64,000 bases of DNA from Adineta vaga (taxonomy: Eukaryota; Animalia; Rotifera). Under the pieces are notes generated by a model that saw only the letters and a program-made list of their open reading frames with translations, had not been told where the DNA came from and searched no databases. This document shows positions 13,401 to 26,178 of the stretch, piece after piece. The position numbers and the translations under genes were made by a program. The DNA is taken from assembly GCA_021613535.1 (NCBI GenBank), contig CP075495.1, forward strand, positions 11,284,001 to 11,348,000, in the 5' to 3' direction. Every line of letters begins with the position of its first letter. The first letter of the stretch is position 1.

Positions 13401-15296
13401 GGGAGAGAAAGACAGCAAAAAAACGAAGTAAGAGACGCGTAAAAAGCTTAGACATCATTTAACGACAAACGTACATATATATATATATATATTCGTTTAT
13501 TCACACGAAAAAAGTGCGAAAAGTGTTAACAGATTTATTTCAATCAAAAACAAAAGGCTATGACGACAACGACGACGACGATGACTATGACATACATTCG
13601 AGTTGATGATCATCATTAGTGTAGCAAGCATCAATATGTACATATAGATGGTCGAATAATGAACGATGACGGTGACTAAAAGTATTTCTCACTGAAAAGA
13701 GAAGAGTCGAAATAAATCCCAACGTTGTTGTTATTGTGTCAGATGTGACATAATCAAATGAGCCATAGAAAGTCAAACTATGATGTCTACGATGTATGAA
13801 ATGCATGTATCAGTATAAGTTTTGATCTTGAAAACAAATCAGAACAAGAACAAATAAATATGACTATTGGATTGAAAAGAAGACTAGTAATCAAATGACA
13901 AAAGGAAACTAAACAACAACCATCTTGTGTATGATAACAAAGAAGACTAAGAAATGGAACGAATAAGACAGGATTGTGTCATATACACTTATCTGTAGTA
14001 CCAATTGCATAATGATACCGACCAAAAACAACTTGACGATTCGATACGTACGTTTTTGTCTGCTACAGCAGTTCGTAGTTATAAAGAAATATGCGAATCA
14101 TTTGAATTAATGGTTAAAAATTCATCAAAAATATGTTTGGTTGATATATGTTTATTGATGATTTTACGGTAATTGTTACCGTGAAATAGTTCTAATATAT
14201 CAAATTTTATTTATTCAACACTAATTTGACCTAATTCAAATTCATTAGAATTTCTTTTTCTACGAAGAATATTCGACTAGCTAGTGAGATTCGTAGAATT
14301 TCACAACAGTCTTTTCTCATGGATTACAATAGTTGAGATACGAACGTTCGCAATTTTAAGTGTAGAAATGTGTGTGTGTGTGAATCGTATGTTGTATTTA
14401 AATTACAATATTAGTAAATATCGAAGATCACAACAAAAAAATTATTTTTCAAACTACTTCAAAAGCATCGAGCTCTCATAGGAATTGTATTTTGCTGCTC
14501 CTCTAGTAATCTAATTGCTCTATCAGCGCAAGAGGTCTATTAAACCGATATAATCTGAAATGAAAGGTCATATAAAGTTCTTGCGAAAACAAAACTATTT
14601 TTGTACGACTGATTAGTAAATATCTACTTGAAACTATATAGTGTAACACTAGAAATTTCACGCTATCCTAATATATCTAGTCAGAAACACATTTTCAGAG
14701 GTATGAAGAGTCTAGACTATTTGAAAGTCTATTATTCTCAGTTGAATATTTCTTTATATTTAACGATAAAGAAAAATTGGTGAACAATTTCAACCATATA
14801 CAAATGATTATACAAATTGATATTCAAACGAGGATGATTATTTTAGCATAATAACAAGTCATCTATTGATATGAAGAAAACAATGTATCTGTTTATCTTA
14901 ACGAACTTGTTCGCTACAACACAAAAAAATAAATTATCATTTCTTAGATTTTTGTCATTAAACTCACTGTATCTCAATATATAATTTCAGCATTTGTTCT
15001 GTTGTATTTCAAGTACTTGTCATAAATAATTTCTTTTATCGTGATGTGTTCAAAAATCACTTTCATTCCAGGTACACTTGTTTGTAGAAAAAATTTGAAT
15101 TGTGAATTAGCGTCATCTACTGAGCACGTTAAATCATAGGTGCGAATGGCATATATCATCATAGTTAACTTAGAGAAAAACAAGACAAGAGAGAGAAAGA
15201 AATAACTCATAGACAAACTTTACTAAGAGTGACTCGTTATTATCAGATGCAGATATTGTTATATTTATATATAAATACTATGGTTGTTTCTATTCA

Positions 15297-15952
15297 ATGA
15301 GCAAAAACTCTCGAACTTCTGTAAACATGTATGCAGATCGTTCGATCAGTACAAATTCAACTTCATCATCATCTGTTCCAATGAATAAAAAACGAGTGAA
15401 TGAACCAGTAATGGATCCGTCAAATCTCTTATATAATGACCATCAAAACTATCAGATTATCTTCACGAATGATTCTCGATTTTTTGATACAAGTCTTCAT
15501 TTATTTAAATCCTATTGTGATCTTGGTTACATTCAATCAAATCAAAAGAAATCAAAAAAAAGTTTACAATCTTCGTCATCAAATGCATTCGAATTGCAGA
15601 CGAATGGTTTTAATAGTCGTTGGCGACCTAAACCAGCTGGATTCAGTAGCAATCACGATAACAACAGAAACATTAACGCAACCTTGAAACCATCGTTTGT
15701 AAGACATCATGGTAAAATTCTTTCTTTTGACATTGAATTGACAAATTTATATATTTCATGTATTATTTAGATCATTCTATTAGTCATCGATCCGATCCAG
15801 GTACTTCCAAAATCATTACTTCAAAAATTACACAACATAATTCACCTTTGATTGTTTCATCTCAACGTCAATCAATGCCAGTATGGAATCATTCGTCTCC
15901 AAATGATGAAGATGATTCTGATGATCCTGATATAATCGTAACTAGATTGTGA
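15297..15952 (+). CDS. Uncharacterised Ser/Asn-rich, probably disordered protein; two exons
   Basis: Exon 15297-15711, intron 15712-15770 (GT..AG), exon 15771-15952 join in frame (RHH-D-HSISH). No domain recognised. Confidence 0.6.
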
Positions 15953-18221
15953 TTTCATATGTCTCCATCACATCTACATTCCATTTTTCAAGTATATTAT
16001 CAGTTTCTTTTTACTTTTGCATTCCTTTTTCTTTCTAAATACATACCCATCAGTCTTTCTTCATTTCTCACTTGTGTTGTTTTCTTTTAACTACATCATC
16101 TATTCTGTCCGAATGTGCGTTGTGAACAAATATATGAATTACTTCATTCCTTTTTATTCTTATTCAGTATAGTTTTTATCTTTCATGTCTGCGTGTTCTT
16201 GTCAATGCATTTGATTTTTGTTCTAATTCTCAAATGAACTCGTGTGTGTGTGTGTATAGTTTGTTTCCTGTCGTTTTTTTTCTATCGCTTGTTACACACA
16301 AAAACAGTTTTATGATAATAAACAGAAAAAGCAATATAACTCATGACTATTTTTCATTGTTTTCGGCATTCTTTTGTGTCAATATAAATACATATAGAAA
16401 TAATGTGAGAATTTGCATAATATGTAGTGATAAGCATTAATGAATTAGATTATAATTGATAATATTGAAGAGTAAGAAGTGATTGGCATGTTTCATAGAT
16501 TGAAACTTTAGCAGCAATCAGAAGAAGATATGTTGTGTTGATAGCAACTACAAGTTTTGTACTCTTCATCAACATTTCATCAGAATAAAGTAACAGCTGC
16601 AAGTTACATTTCAGTGAGTTTGATAGAAAAAAGTATCAAATAGACATCACGTCTATGTCAATATTTTTACTGCACCATATTTATGGTGTATCGATCGATT
16701 TCTTTCGAACTTGATTCAAAAGACTTTCTCATTCACTCTTATCACAGTTCTATTACATATGTCGGAATTTCTTCAACAGTAAAATCGACATTGTAATTCA
16801 AATTGTTTCAATCATAGACAGTTTTCGAATTGAGCCTGCTAAACTAAAATCTTTGCTTGCTGTTTATTATGATATGTCAAAAACACAGATTCATTTGTAC
16901 TGTTGTGTGTTACTGTTAAACATATTATATGAAAAGAAAGAGAAAAACGTAATCCTTGATATTTCAATGTTGTTGTTGATAAAAAGATTAAGAATAATAT
17001 GAATACAAATAAAGGTTAATACGACAAGAAATAGAATGCAGTAACGTATAATACCTATTAAAATGTGTGCTGTCATGGTAGGATGAACATGAAAGTATTT
17101 TTAAAATAATGAGCATAGAAAAAAGAAACTTTCTGTCTTGCTCTCCTTGATACTAATCCGAACCAAGTTTATAGATTTTTCTTTAACGAAAAACAAATAA
17201 TTGACTATGGAATGAAGTGAAAATGCTAGTTTGCTGTATGATGCATCACTCAACTGACGTTTATTTCGTTGAATGTAATCGAATCATCTCAAACTTTGAC
17301 GTACAATGAAAAGATCAATTGTATCGCAAAAATCACTATAATTCGAAGATATCCACTCCGATCTCCTTTGAATTACTATTCTAACGAATCTAATACTTTT
17401 GAATCAAAATTTTAACTTTCATAGATCATCAAAAACTTTTCTTTTCAAATTCTTCGTCGACAAAAGTTTTATGACTACTGAGATATCCGTACGAAATCAT
17501 TAGATTAGACCTTTCATAATCAACAAAAACATTCCTATTCATACATGATTTCATTCTTTTCGATTTCATTTTTTTTTCGTCGAAACAAACAAATCTAGAA
17601 TAAAGAATTATTTTGTCAATTTTTGTCTTGCTTATCATCACAAGCATAAATAAAAAATTCAATGATAAAAGTAGAAAATATTGTATATTTGCTATGCATA
17701 ATTATCGATTTTATTATTATAAAATAGGTTTTTGCATGTGTGCATGTCTTGTATCGAGATAAACGTTTTTTACATTAGTGCAAGTATTATTCGACACGTA
17801 CGAATATTTTATTTCTGACGTCTTTCATATGTATAAAGTTTTTTTTTGGTTATTGTCAATAGCAGGATAGAAAAATATGCGAGTTAGATTCATGGTATTT
17901 TATATACAATCATTGGACGCCTCGTTTCGATCAAATAAGCACAAATATTTGATGAGAAAAGCGAAGGACTAATCATAAATGTTATGGCGCTTTATTATCG
18001 ATATTTTTATCGTTGACAGATAGTTACCTATACTAAAGGAAATTGAAACTTCATTCATGATTTGGATGGTTAATTTTGCAAATATTTTTTGTGAATAGAG
18101 TATTACAAAAAAATATAACTATTTTTATGCGTGGTGACTGAAGGGTAAATTTTTGTTCGTCCGCCGTTTTCAGCGATACAAGATACAAAAAATAAGAAAA
18201 ATAAGTAAGCACCTGATGTAG

Positions 18222-18229
18222 TATAAATA
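18222..18229 (+). promoter_or_regulatory. Putative TATA box of the Gly-rich precursor gene
   Basis: TATAAATA about 90 bp upstream of ATG 18315. The AT-rich background weakens the inference. Confidence 0.4.
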
Positions 18230-18314
18230 CTTGAGGTAATTGGACATATTCACAAGAGAAGAAAGAGTAGTGCTATACTTTATCTCATTGTATCACACAT
18301 TATCATCATCGAAC

Positions 18315-19016
18315 ATGTCGATTGTTTGTAACTCAATCGCAGTTATTTTCGTTTGTTTCCTGGCCTTTCATGGTTTCAGCAATAATGGTGTTGATGGTCG
18401 AGCTGCAAGAAAAAGTTTTGATGCTGACCTTACTGAATTAGATAGACGTGCTCTCGAAGATGCTTTGATCGAAGCTCTATATAGTCGAAGTCAACGCAAA
18501 CGTGGATCTGGAGATGGTTCAAACTATTGGCCTAGTGGACTAGATGATTTGTCAACCTATTTGTCTAGTGGATTTAGTGGACGTAGAAGAGGTATGCATA
18601 GTGGATTTGGTGGAAGTTCAAGCGGTTACAATGGTGGATATGATGGAAGTTCAAGTGGTTACAATGGTGGAAGTTCAGGCGATTACAATGGTGGAAGTTC
18701 AGGCGATTCCAATGGTGGAAGTTCAGGCGATTACAATGGTGGATATGATGGAAGTTCAAGTGGTTTGTATGGTGGAGGTTCAAGTGGTTACAATGGTGGA
18801 TATGATGGAAGTTCAAGTGGTCACAACAGTGGATTTGGTGGAAGTTCAAGTGGTCACAACAGTGGATTTGGTGGAAGTTCAAGCGGTTACAAGAAACGAT
18901 TTGGAAGACGCCGTTTCCAAGAATCTAATGACAATGATGATAGTGACGAACAATATTACAATAAAAGAAACTACGATGATGGATATCATGGAAAACGAGC
19001 ATTTTCAAGATTTTAA
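18315..19016 (+). CDS. Secreted prepro-polypeptide with convertase sites and a Gly/Ser/Tyr-rich repeat (neuropeptide-like or antimicrobial-like precursor), 233 aa
   Basis: Signal peptide MSIVCNSIAVIFVCFLAFHGFS; RK, RR, RKR, G-RRR, KKR, KR and G-KR sites; intronless. Confidence 0.8.
   Translation: MSIVCNSIAVIFVCFLAFHGFSNNGVDGRAARKSFDADLTELDRRALEDALIEALYSRSQRKRGSGDGSNYWPSGLDDLSTYLSSGFSGRRRGMHSGFGGSSSGYNGGYDGSSSGYNGGSSGDYNGGSSGDSNGGSSGDYNGGYDGSSSGLYGGGSSGYNGGYDGSSSGHNSGFGGSSSGHNSGFGGSSSGYKKRFGRRRFQESNDNDDSDEQYYNKRNYDDGYHGKRAFSRF
18596..18890 (+). repeat. Coding minisatellite of mixed 24-bp and 33-bp units
   Basis: Recurrent GGAAGTTCA core encoding GGSSSGYN / GGSSGDYN (8 aa) and GGYDGSSSGYN / SGFGGSSSGHN (11 aa). 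Confidence 0.9.
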
Positions 19017-19703
19017 ACAAATCAAACTTCTCAATACTATCAAAAACATTCCAAAATCAGACCATTCACTAACACTCTCTTTCTTCTAGATAATCATTTC
19101 TATATTATCTCATTTTATTTTTGATCAATTTATTTTCTATCTTTCTTTTTTTCACACGAATTAGAATATTCGAAAGCCACCAATAGTCATATTCTTATTA
19201 TAACTGACACACTTTGAGCTAACATCATTTTCTCGAAACAACTCATAGATTTTTGATACAAATAAAGGTGATTGAATCGTATGGAATATTATCTTCAGTC
19301 ATTTCTTTTAGTTCAGTTAGTTTTGAGAAGCATTTTAGAATAGTTGATCCTAGGATTGAATTTTGTTTGATCGAGAGCAATGAGATTGTTTTGTTTTCGA
19401 ATTCCTAAGTCAACAGATTGACTCCTACAAAGTTTCATTCAGTTTGTCATTTAAAAGATTCACGATCTTCTAATGGATGTGAGACGCTTATTCTATCGTG
19501 TTCAATGCACAACTAATCAGTTTGTGTTATACTTTGAAAGATTGATAAGAGACGTGAACAAGTCATTTCGTTTATTTTTGATTTCTTCAGATTTTATTTA
19601 TTAACGAAATGCACAACTACACTATTGAAACTATGAAAAGATTAGTACACACACACACACACACTCGCATATACATACAGAGAGAAGAAAGATAAGACAC
19701 TTA

Positions 19704-22700
19704 TTACCAAGCAATACGTTCTAACCAACAGTTAGGATATCGTCGAATGTATAGTTTTCTTAGTTCATCCATAATAAACATCAATGAGCCGAAACCAAGT
19801 GCTGGCAAAACATATAATATTGGTACTCGTTCTGTTTTAAATTGATGTTGCATAAATGGAACTTGTGTAACTAGAACACATGTTAATGTTGATGCAATAA
19901 TACCAACAATCAACCAAAGATTTCGAGAATGACGAGACCAAAATGGATTATGTGTAAAAAATGATGCATAACGTGTACGAGTTGTTAATAGATTAAAACA
20001 TTGCATAATACAGAGAGCAACATAATAAATACATTGACCTGTTTGATTAATCGATGCCAGTTGTTGTTGTTTCTCGACTGAGAATTGTTCTTCAAAATGA
20101 TTAAATTTGAAAAAGATCATTGATAATGGAATACCATTAGCATGATACCACCAGAAAAAACAAAAGAATGAACTGAAACATTCAATATTACCAATAATCA
20201 TATAAGCATGGAAGAGTAGTTTTAAATTTAATAAATGTGATTTATTTCGAATTGTTGGTGGACGATGCATAATATCTTTTTCAGCTTTTTCCGATACCAT
20301 TGCCAATGACATAAAGACATCTACAATACAGGAAAATTTTTAAAATATATATTTATGCTTAAATAAATAGAGATGGAAAACAAATACAATACCATTAAGC
20401 ATGCAAAATATTGTCGCTTGAAAAGCTGATAATGCCAAAGGAATACCAAGCCATGTATTAAAAAAGACAGGCCAAATTTCTGACCAAGAACCTAAAATAA
20501 AATATCGAAAGAATAAAACTAAATTTTCTTATCGGATTCTTGTATTTTCTCTTTACCTCCTGGTAATAAATAAATTGCTACTTTCTTCAAATTATCACTT
20601 AATAATCGACCTGTTTCAATTGCTTTAACAATTGATGAAAAATCATTATCTATTAAAACCATGTCACCTGCTTCTTTCGAAACATCTGAACCAGATTGCA
20701 TTGCAACACCAAGATCAGCACGTTTCAATGCTGGTGCATCATTTGTTCCATCACCTGTGACAGCAACAACTTCTCCACGTCTTTGACATTCCATGACAAT
20801 ACGTAGTTTATGTTCAGGAGATGTGCGAGCAAAGATCAATTCTTGATGTGATAATACCCATGTCCATATATATTCATCCACTAAATATACAATATTTCAT
20901 TAAATTAAGCCAAATACGAATCTGTCAATACATACTGTAAGCAAAATCACTTCCTTTGACAACCATAGCATATGGGATTAAAACTTGTTTTGCACTTCGT
21001 TCTGTTGTCTCTTTTGGATCAGAAAAATAGAAATTTATATATTCCCATGTACGTTTTATCCATGAAACAGGTGTTTTGTTTTCATCATCAGTAGTTAAAC
21101 GAATTTTTGTTGTTTTTTTCTTTGTTTCTTCAAGACGATTTATCGTTCCTAATATATGTGTATCAAGTAAATTTCCATTACGCAATAATTGAACTATTGG
21201 TCGACCTGTTGGTACATCTACACCCACCAATTGAAATGTATCAACACCATTTGCCTGATAAATTTCTGGAGTAAGAATATTCACCTGTGTGCCTATCGCT
21301 ATGGACGTTGTCGGATGATCACCTGTAACCATGGCAATACGAATTTTGGCTTCTCGAGCTTTATGAACTGCATCAGGTACTTCAACTCTAGGCGGATCGA
21401 GTAAACAAAAAAGACCAATAAATGTATAACCTTCTTTTGGAAAACCATTATATGGATCATCAGATACAGCATTCATTAACGATTGATCAAATACATTCTT
21501 ATCAAGTTTTTGTTGAAGCATAGCAATAATACGATAACCACATTTACCCATTTGTTCTTGTCGTTGAATAATTCGCTGACGAATATTATCCGTTAATTCT
21601 CGAATATCACCTGAACTTGTTTTATATGTTGAACATTTGTCATTTGTTAAAACAACATCAGTGGCACCTTTTAATGTGATCAGAATTTCATTTGTTTTAT
21701 GATTTATTATGGATTGATGTTCAGATGATGATATTTGATTGGCCACAATCATGAATTTATTTGTTGAATTAAATGGTAAACAGTGAACTCGACGATACCG
21801 TTGTCGAATATGTTCAACATCGATGCTAAACTTTGTTTCACACAGATCATAAAGAGCTATATCAGCTGCATCACCACTAAGCGTTAAATGTTGAGCATTT
21901 TCTTGTAAACGTTTTTCGGCATTATTACATAAGCATGCACCTATAATTACGAATAGAAGAAAATAAGTTTATGAATCTTAATTTTAAGATAATTTACTCA
22001 TGAATATCATTCTGACTGACAGATGAGAACAATATTTCTCTTAAAAATCTTTCTATTTAATTACCTAAAATTAATTCTCTATGTGGTGTTGCTTGTATAT
22101 TAATTTCATCGAGACCTAATCGTTTTGTTTGAAATGAATCACTAGCATTTAAACTATCAGCTGGTGTTGCTGATCTAGATCCTGATGCAGTCGATAAATG
22201 TCTCATAAGTGTACCAAATATTGATTTCCATTCTCTTTTATCTTGTGAAACAATTGTTGTTGACGGTACTTGATATTCATCATTGATATCCCATAATAAA
22301 TGTGTACAAGTCATTTTATTTTGTGTTAACGTTCCAGTCTTATCTGTACATATGATAGAAACAGAATTGAATGTTTCAACTGTCTGAAGACTTTTTACTA
22401 AGACTTGTTGTGCTGACATGTATTTCTACAAGAGGAAATCAAGTATACTTTTTCATCGAAAATCAATTTTCATCTTAGAACACTTACAGCAACAATAACT
22501 AGAACCAATGTCACTGCCGACGGCAATCCAACAGGTAAAAATCCAACAATCATTCCAACTGAATTTATAACATTTGCATTGAATGATATGTAATTTGGAT
22601 AAACTGGATTCAACCAGACAATCCATGATATCCATATAATAATTATCGATGTAATAGTACAGCATAGAACAAATAAAATGAATCGATTGACTTCACGATG

Positions 22701-23632
22701 AAGACCAGTTATCTCATCTGTATTCGATGAACGTGTTAATTTGCTAACACGACCTATGAAATGGCAATAGTCATATTTATATACAAGAAAAATAAGGTTA
22801 TATATATATTCTACCTAAGATTGTTTGATCTCCTGTAGCAACAACAATAGCTTCACCTTTTCCTTCGACAACTAATGCAGAATAAAATGCCATATTCGTT
22901 GCTTCTAAAAGATTATCATTAGTTGCATCAATTGTACATTTAACTGGTTTAGATTCTCCGGTTAATTCTGCATTATTAACTTTAAGATTGTTACATGATA
23001 TGATACGACAATCGGCAGGTACTTTATCACCAATCTGTAATAGAATAATATCACCTGGAACTAAATTCACTGTAGGAATTTGTTGTTCACAACCCTTATT
23101 ACGGCGAACAGTTGTTAATTTAGGTAAAATTTGAGTGAATGAACGAATTATTTTAACTGATTTCATTTTCTGATAAACATTCAAAACAGCATTGGCAATA
23201 ATAACAATAGTTAAAACAACACCAAGACCTAGACTGTAAAAAGAGAAACAGAAATGTTTTTTTTTGTAGAATTTTTGCTATACTATGGTTTTACTTTGTT
23301 GAATCTGGATTTGGTCTTCCAAATGGTTCATAAGCTAAAAACGCAAAGATTGCCGCAATCCACAATAATGCATTAAAACCAGTAAAGGCTTGAATGAAAA
23401 ACAATCGTATATATCCAGGTTGTGTGGCAGGAGTTGTTTGATTAGGACCATATTTTGTTAATGCTTCATTAACTTGATCCGTTGTTAAACCAGAACGTGT
23501 GTCAAAAAGATTCAATTGAAGACATAATTCATTTAAAGATATTTTGTGTGGTTGATTTAAACAAACATCAATGATTACAGGTCGTTGTTTCGACATGTCA
23601 TCTAGTTGTATTGATGGATTATTCGATGCCAT
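19704..23632 (-). CDS. P-type ATPase, Na+/K+-ATPase alpha-like (type IIC), non-metazoan/fungal-like, with M4 PVGL; multi-exon
   Basis: [34 protein letters not shown] and [16 protein letters not shown] motifs all intact. M5-M6 read [21 protein letters not shown]...IFCMLND after splicing. Confidence 0.9.
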
Positions 23633-25122
23633 AATAGAGGACAACTATGAAAACGAAAATTTTCATATGCATAAATGATACATGTATGATGACTTACTGT
23701 AAGATTATTAAACAGTGACCGAAGTATGTGTCGACTACCGTACGGTCAACTGATGTAAAATTCACTCCGGTATATGCATATATATATATGTACACTCATA
23801 TCCAGGTACTTTTCTATCTTTCTCTCTATTATTCTTTGTCGTCGAAAGTTCAATGACTTAGTATAGACAAAAGAAGAAAAAAAACGTTTGTGTGTGTATT
23901 CTCTTCGAATCGTACCAGTTCATTTGATTTATTCATATGATGGTGCTTTTGTACAGTATCCATTGTATTGATTTTGAGTACAAATGGAATAATGAACCAA
24001 AGAATTGAAACTTCAGACAGAATAAACCATTCATTTTCTGTTTTTGATTACAATGAATTATTATTTTTTCTCTTACCTAATGTATATTCTATGCACAATG
24101 TTCGATTCTCATAATAACTACTCTTGACTTATTGTATAATATATATTTTTAGATCGACAACTTTGTAGGAATATAGATAAAATTGTTCAGTTGTATCAGT
24201 AGAAAAACTAAGTTTTGATTATTATGCCCTGAAGTATGGATATAATTGGTCAATTATTTTTTTCTACTGTTATCATTTCTTTCTCTCTATATATTGACCT
24301 TTCTAGTTCAAAATAAATCAGGTACAATAGTATAACGATTTAGATACATTTTATGTTTAGGTTCGATATTAGTATGAGCTTTGTCTTTTCACCGTATGCT
24401 TGTTCATCTTTCTTTCTTTCTTTGTTAAGTAAACTTGTATAGACCTCGATGGTCGATCTGATAACAAATAACAAATCATGTCTTTTTCTTCATAATATTC
24501 ACTGTATCAAAATTAATTTATTTTCTATTCAACATTATACACAATTCTAATAGAAGTACAGAAATCTCTCTGGATGCATTCAATCGACTCAAATCAAAGA
24601 AACAAGATATCTGACCAGTTATATTGTACTCAGCAATAGTTCCAAATGATATCATTGGTATTTTTATTAGAGAAGAATATATAATACAGAAACGTTGGGT
24701 TATGAATTATCTCTCTATTAAACAGATGAATGAATATGCTCTAAATATCATTTGGAAGGAGAGAAAGAAAATTTGACATTGTATTTATCGATTTGTTTTT
24801 GTATGTGATTGTTACTTTAATGACAAAGTAAAACATCACTTTTAATCTCTTAGTAAACAAACAAATCTATCGCTATTTATCATATTTCTACTACATAACT
24901 TTTCGATAATACACAATATTGACAAGAAGGGCGTAACACGAATAGAATAATCTATACGATCGATTACATTTCATTCTTTTCGTTCACAAGAGAGCAAGAA
25001 AAAGACGAGAATGTTTATTTCTTCTTCTTTTCGATAGAGTCGTCATAACGAGGATAGTTTTATCCGTAGCGATACATATTTCTATTTTACTCGTTTACCT
25101 ACGATTTTAACGCGAAAATAAG

Positions 25123-26178
25123 ATGAGCAAAACACAAGATTCCGTCATTGTCATGCAACAGACTGATTTGGATAATCCTCGAAATGATTCTCCAACATCT
25201 CAAACGGAATCCATGACATTTCGAATTTATTTGTATACATTTTGGATGGATTATTTGCTCATGGCTATTATGGGTGGACTTGGTCTTGGTATTTATTTCC
25301 TTCGACCAATACCCAATCGTGTTTTTCCTGTTTATTTTTCAAATGGTCAAATTGTTAATCCAGATTTAAGTTATCCATATCAAAAAGATATTATTCCAAT
25401 TTGGTTAGCTGCACTTTTAGCATTTATTATTCCATTTATATTTATTATGTTAATGCAAATACGTCTTCGTAGTTTCAATGATGCTAATACAGCAATCATG
25501 GGTCTTCTTTTTTCATTAATATCGGCAGCTGTCTTTCAAGTATTTATTAAATGGCTTATTGGTGGATTACGACCGCATTTTTTTTCAGTCTGTAAACCGT
25601 ATATTAATCCATCAAGTTATGGTACTGGAACTGGATTTGATGGTATCATGTTTGATCGGTCAATTTGTACAGGTGATAAGAAACAAATCAATGATGCACT
25701 CGAATCTATGCCATCAGGTCATTCCACAGCAGCATTTGCTGGTCTTCTATATTGTTCATTATATTTAAATGGTAAATTAAAAATTTTTGCAAATTATCGT
25801 CCACAATATTGGAAATTAATTCTATTCTATGCACCTATACTTGGTGCTGTACTTATTGCAGCATCATTAACAATTGATCATTATCATCATTGGTATGATA
25901 TTTTAGCAGGTTCGATTATTGGAACAATATTTGCCTTTGGATCATATCGTTTTCAATATGCAAGCATTTGGGATTATCGATTCAATCATATTCCATTACC
26001 ACGAATCAATTCAGATGAAGGATTTGATTATCATCTTGATCGTATAAAACATCATTTAAGTGCATCAAAAAAAGGTGGATGGACTAATGAACGTATCTAT
26101 GGTGCTCCATTTGATGCTTCAGGTACATTATCAATTCTCAAATCATCTGGTTCAATTATTACTGACGTCAGATTATAA
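25123..26178 (+). CDS. PAP2-family lipid phosphate phosphatase (DPP1/LPP1-like), intronless, fungal-like, 351 aa
   Basis: C1 KWLIGGLRP, C2 PSGH, C3 variant SLTIDHYHHWYD; about six TM segments. Confidence 0.92.
   Translation: MSKTQDSVIVMQQTDLDNPRNDSPTSQTESMTFRIYLYTFWMDYLLMAIMGGLGLGIYFLRPIPNRVFPVYFSNGQIVNPDLSYPYQKDIIPIWLAALLAFIIPFIFIMLMQIRLRSFNDANTAIMGLLFSLISAAVFQVFIKWLIGGLRPHFFSVCKPYINPSSYGTGTGFDGIMFDRSICTGDKKQINDALESMPSGHSTAAFAGLLYCSLYLNGKLKIFANYRPQYWKLILFYAPILGAVLIAASLTIDHYHHWYDILAGSIIGTIFAFGSYRFQYASIWDYRFNHIPLPRINSDEGFDYHLDRIKHHLSASKKGGWTNERIYGAPFDASGTLSILKSSGSIITDVRL

Noticed and set aside
18596-18890. CRISPR-like array
   Set aside because: Contiguous tandem coding units without unique spacers, no cas genes, eukaryotic context.
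18969-19013. Sulfakinin homology of NYDDGYHGKRAFSRF
   Set aside because: Residue order differs from DYGHMRF-amide, a KR site splits it, and the terminal RF has no amidating Gly.
18544-19089. Val/Met-rich ORF 18544-19089 and His/Cys-rich antisense ORF 18574-18882
   Set aside because: Alternative frames of the in-frame minisatellite. Only the Gly-rich frame has a signal peptide and processing sites.
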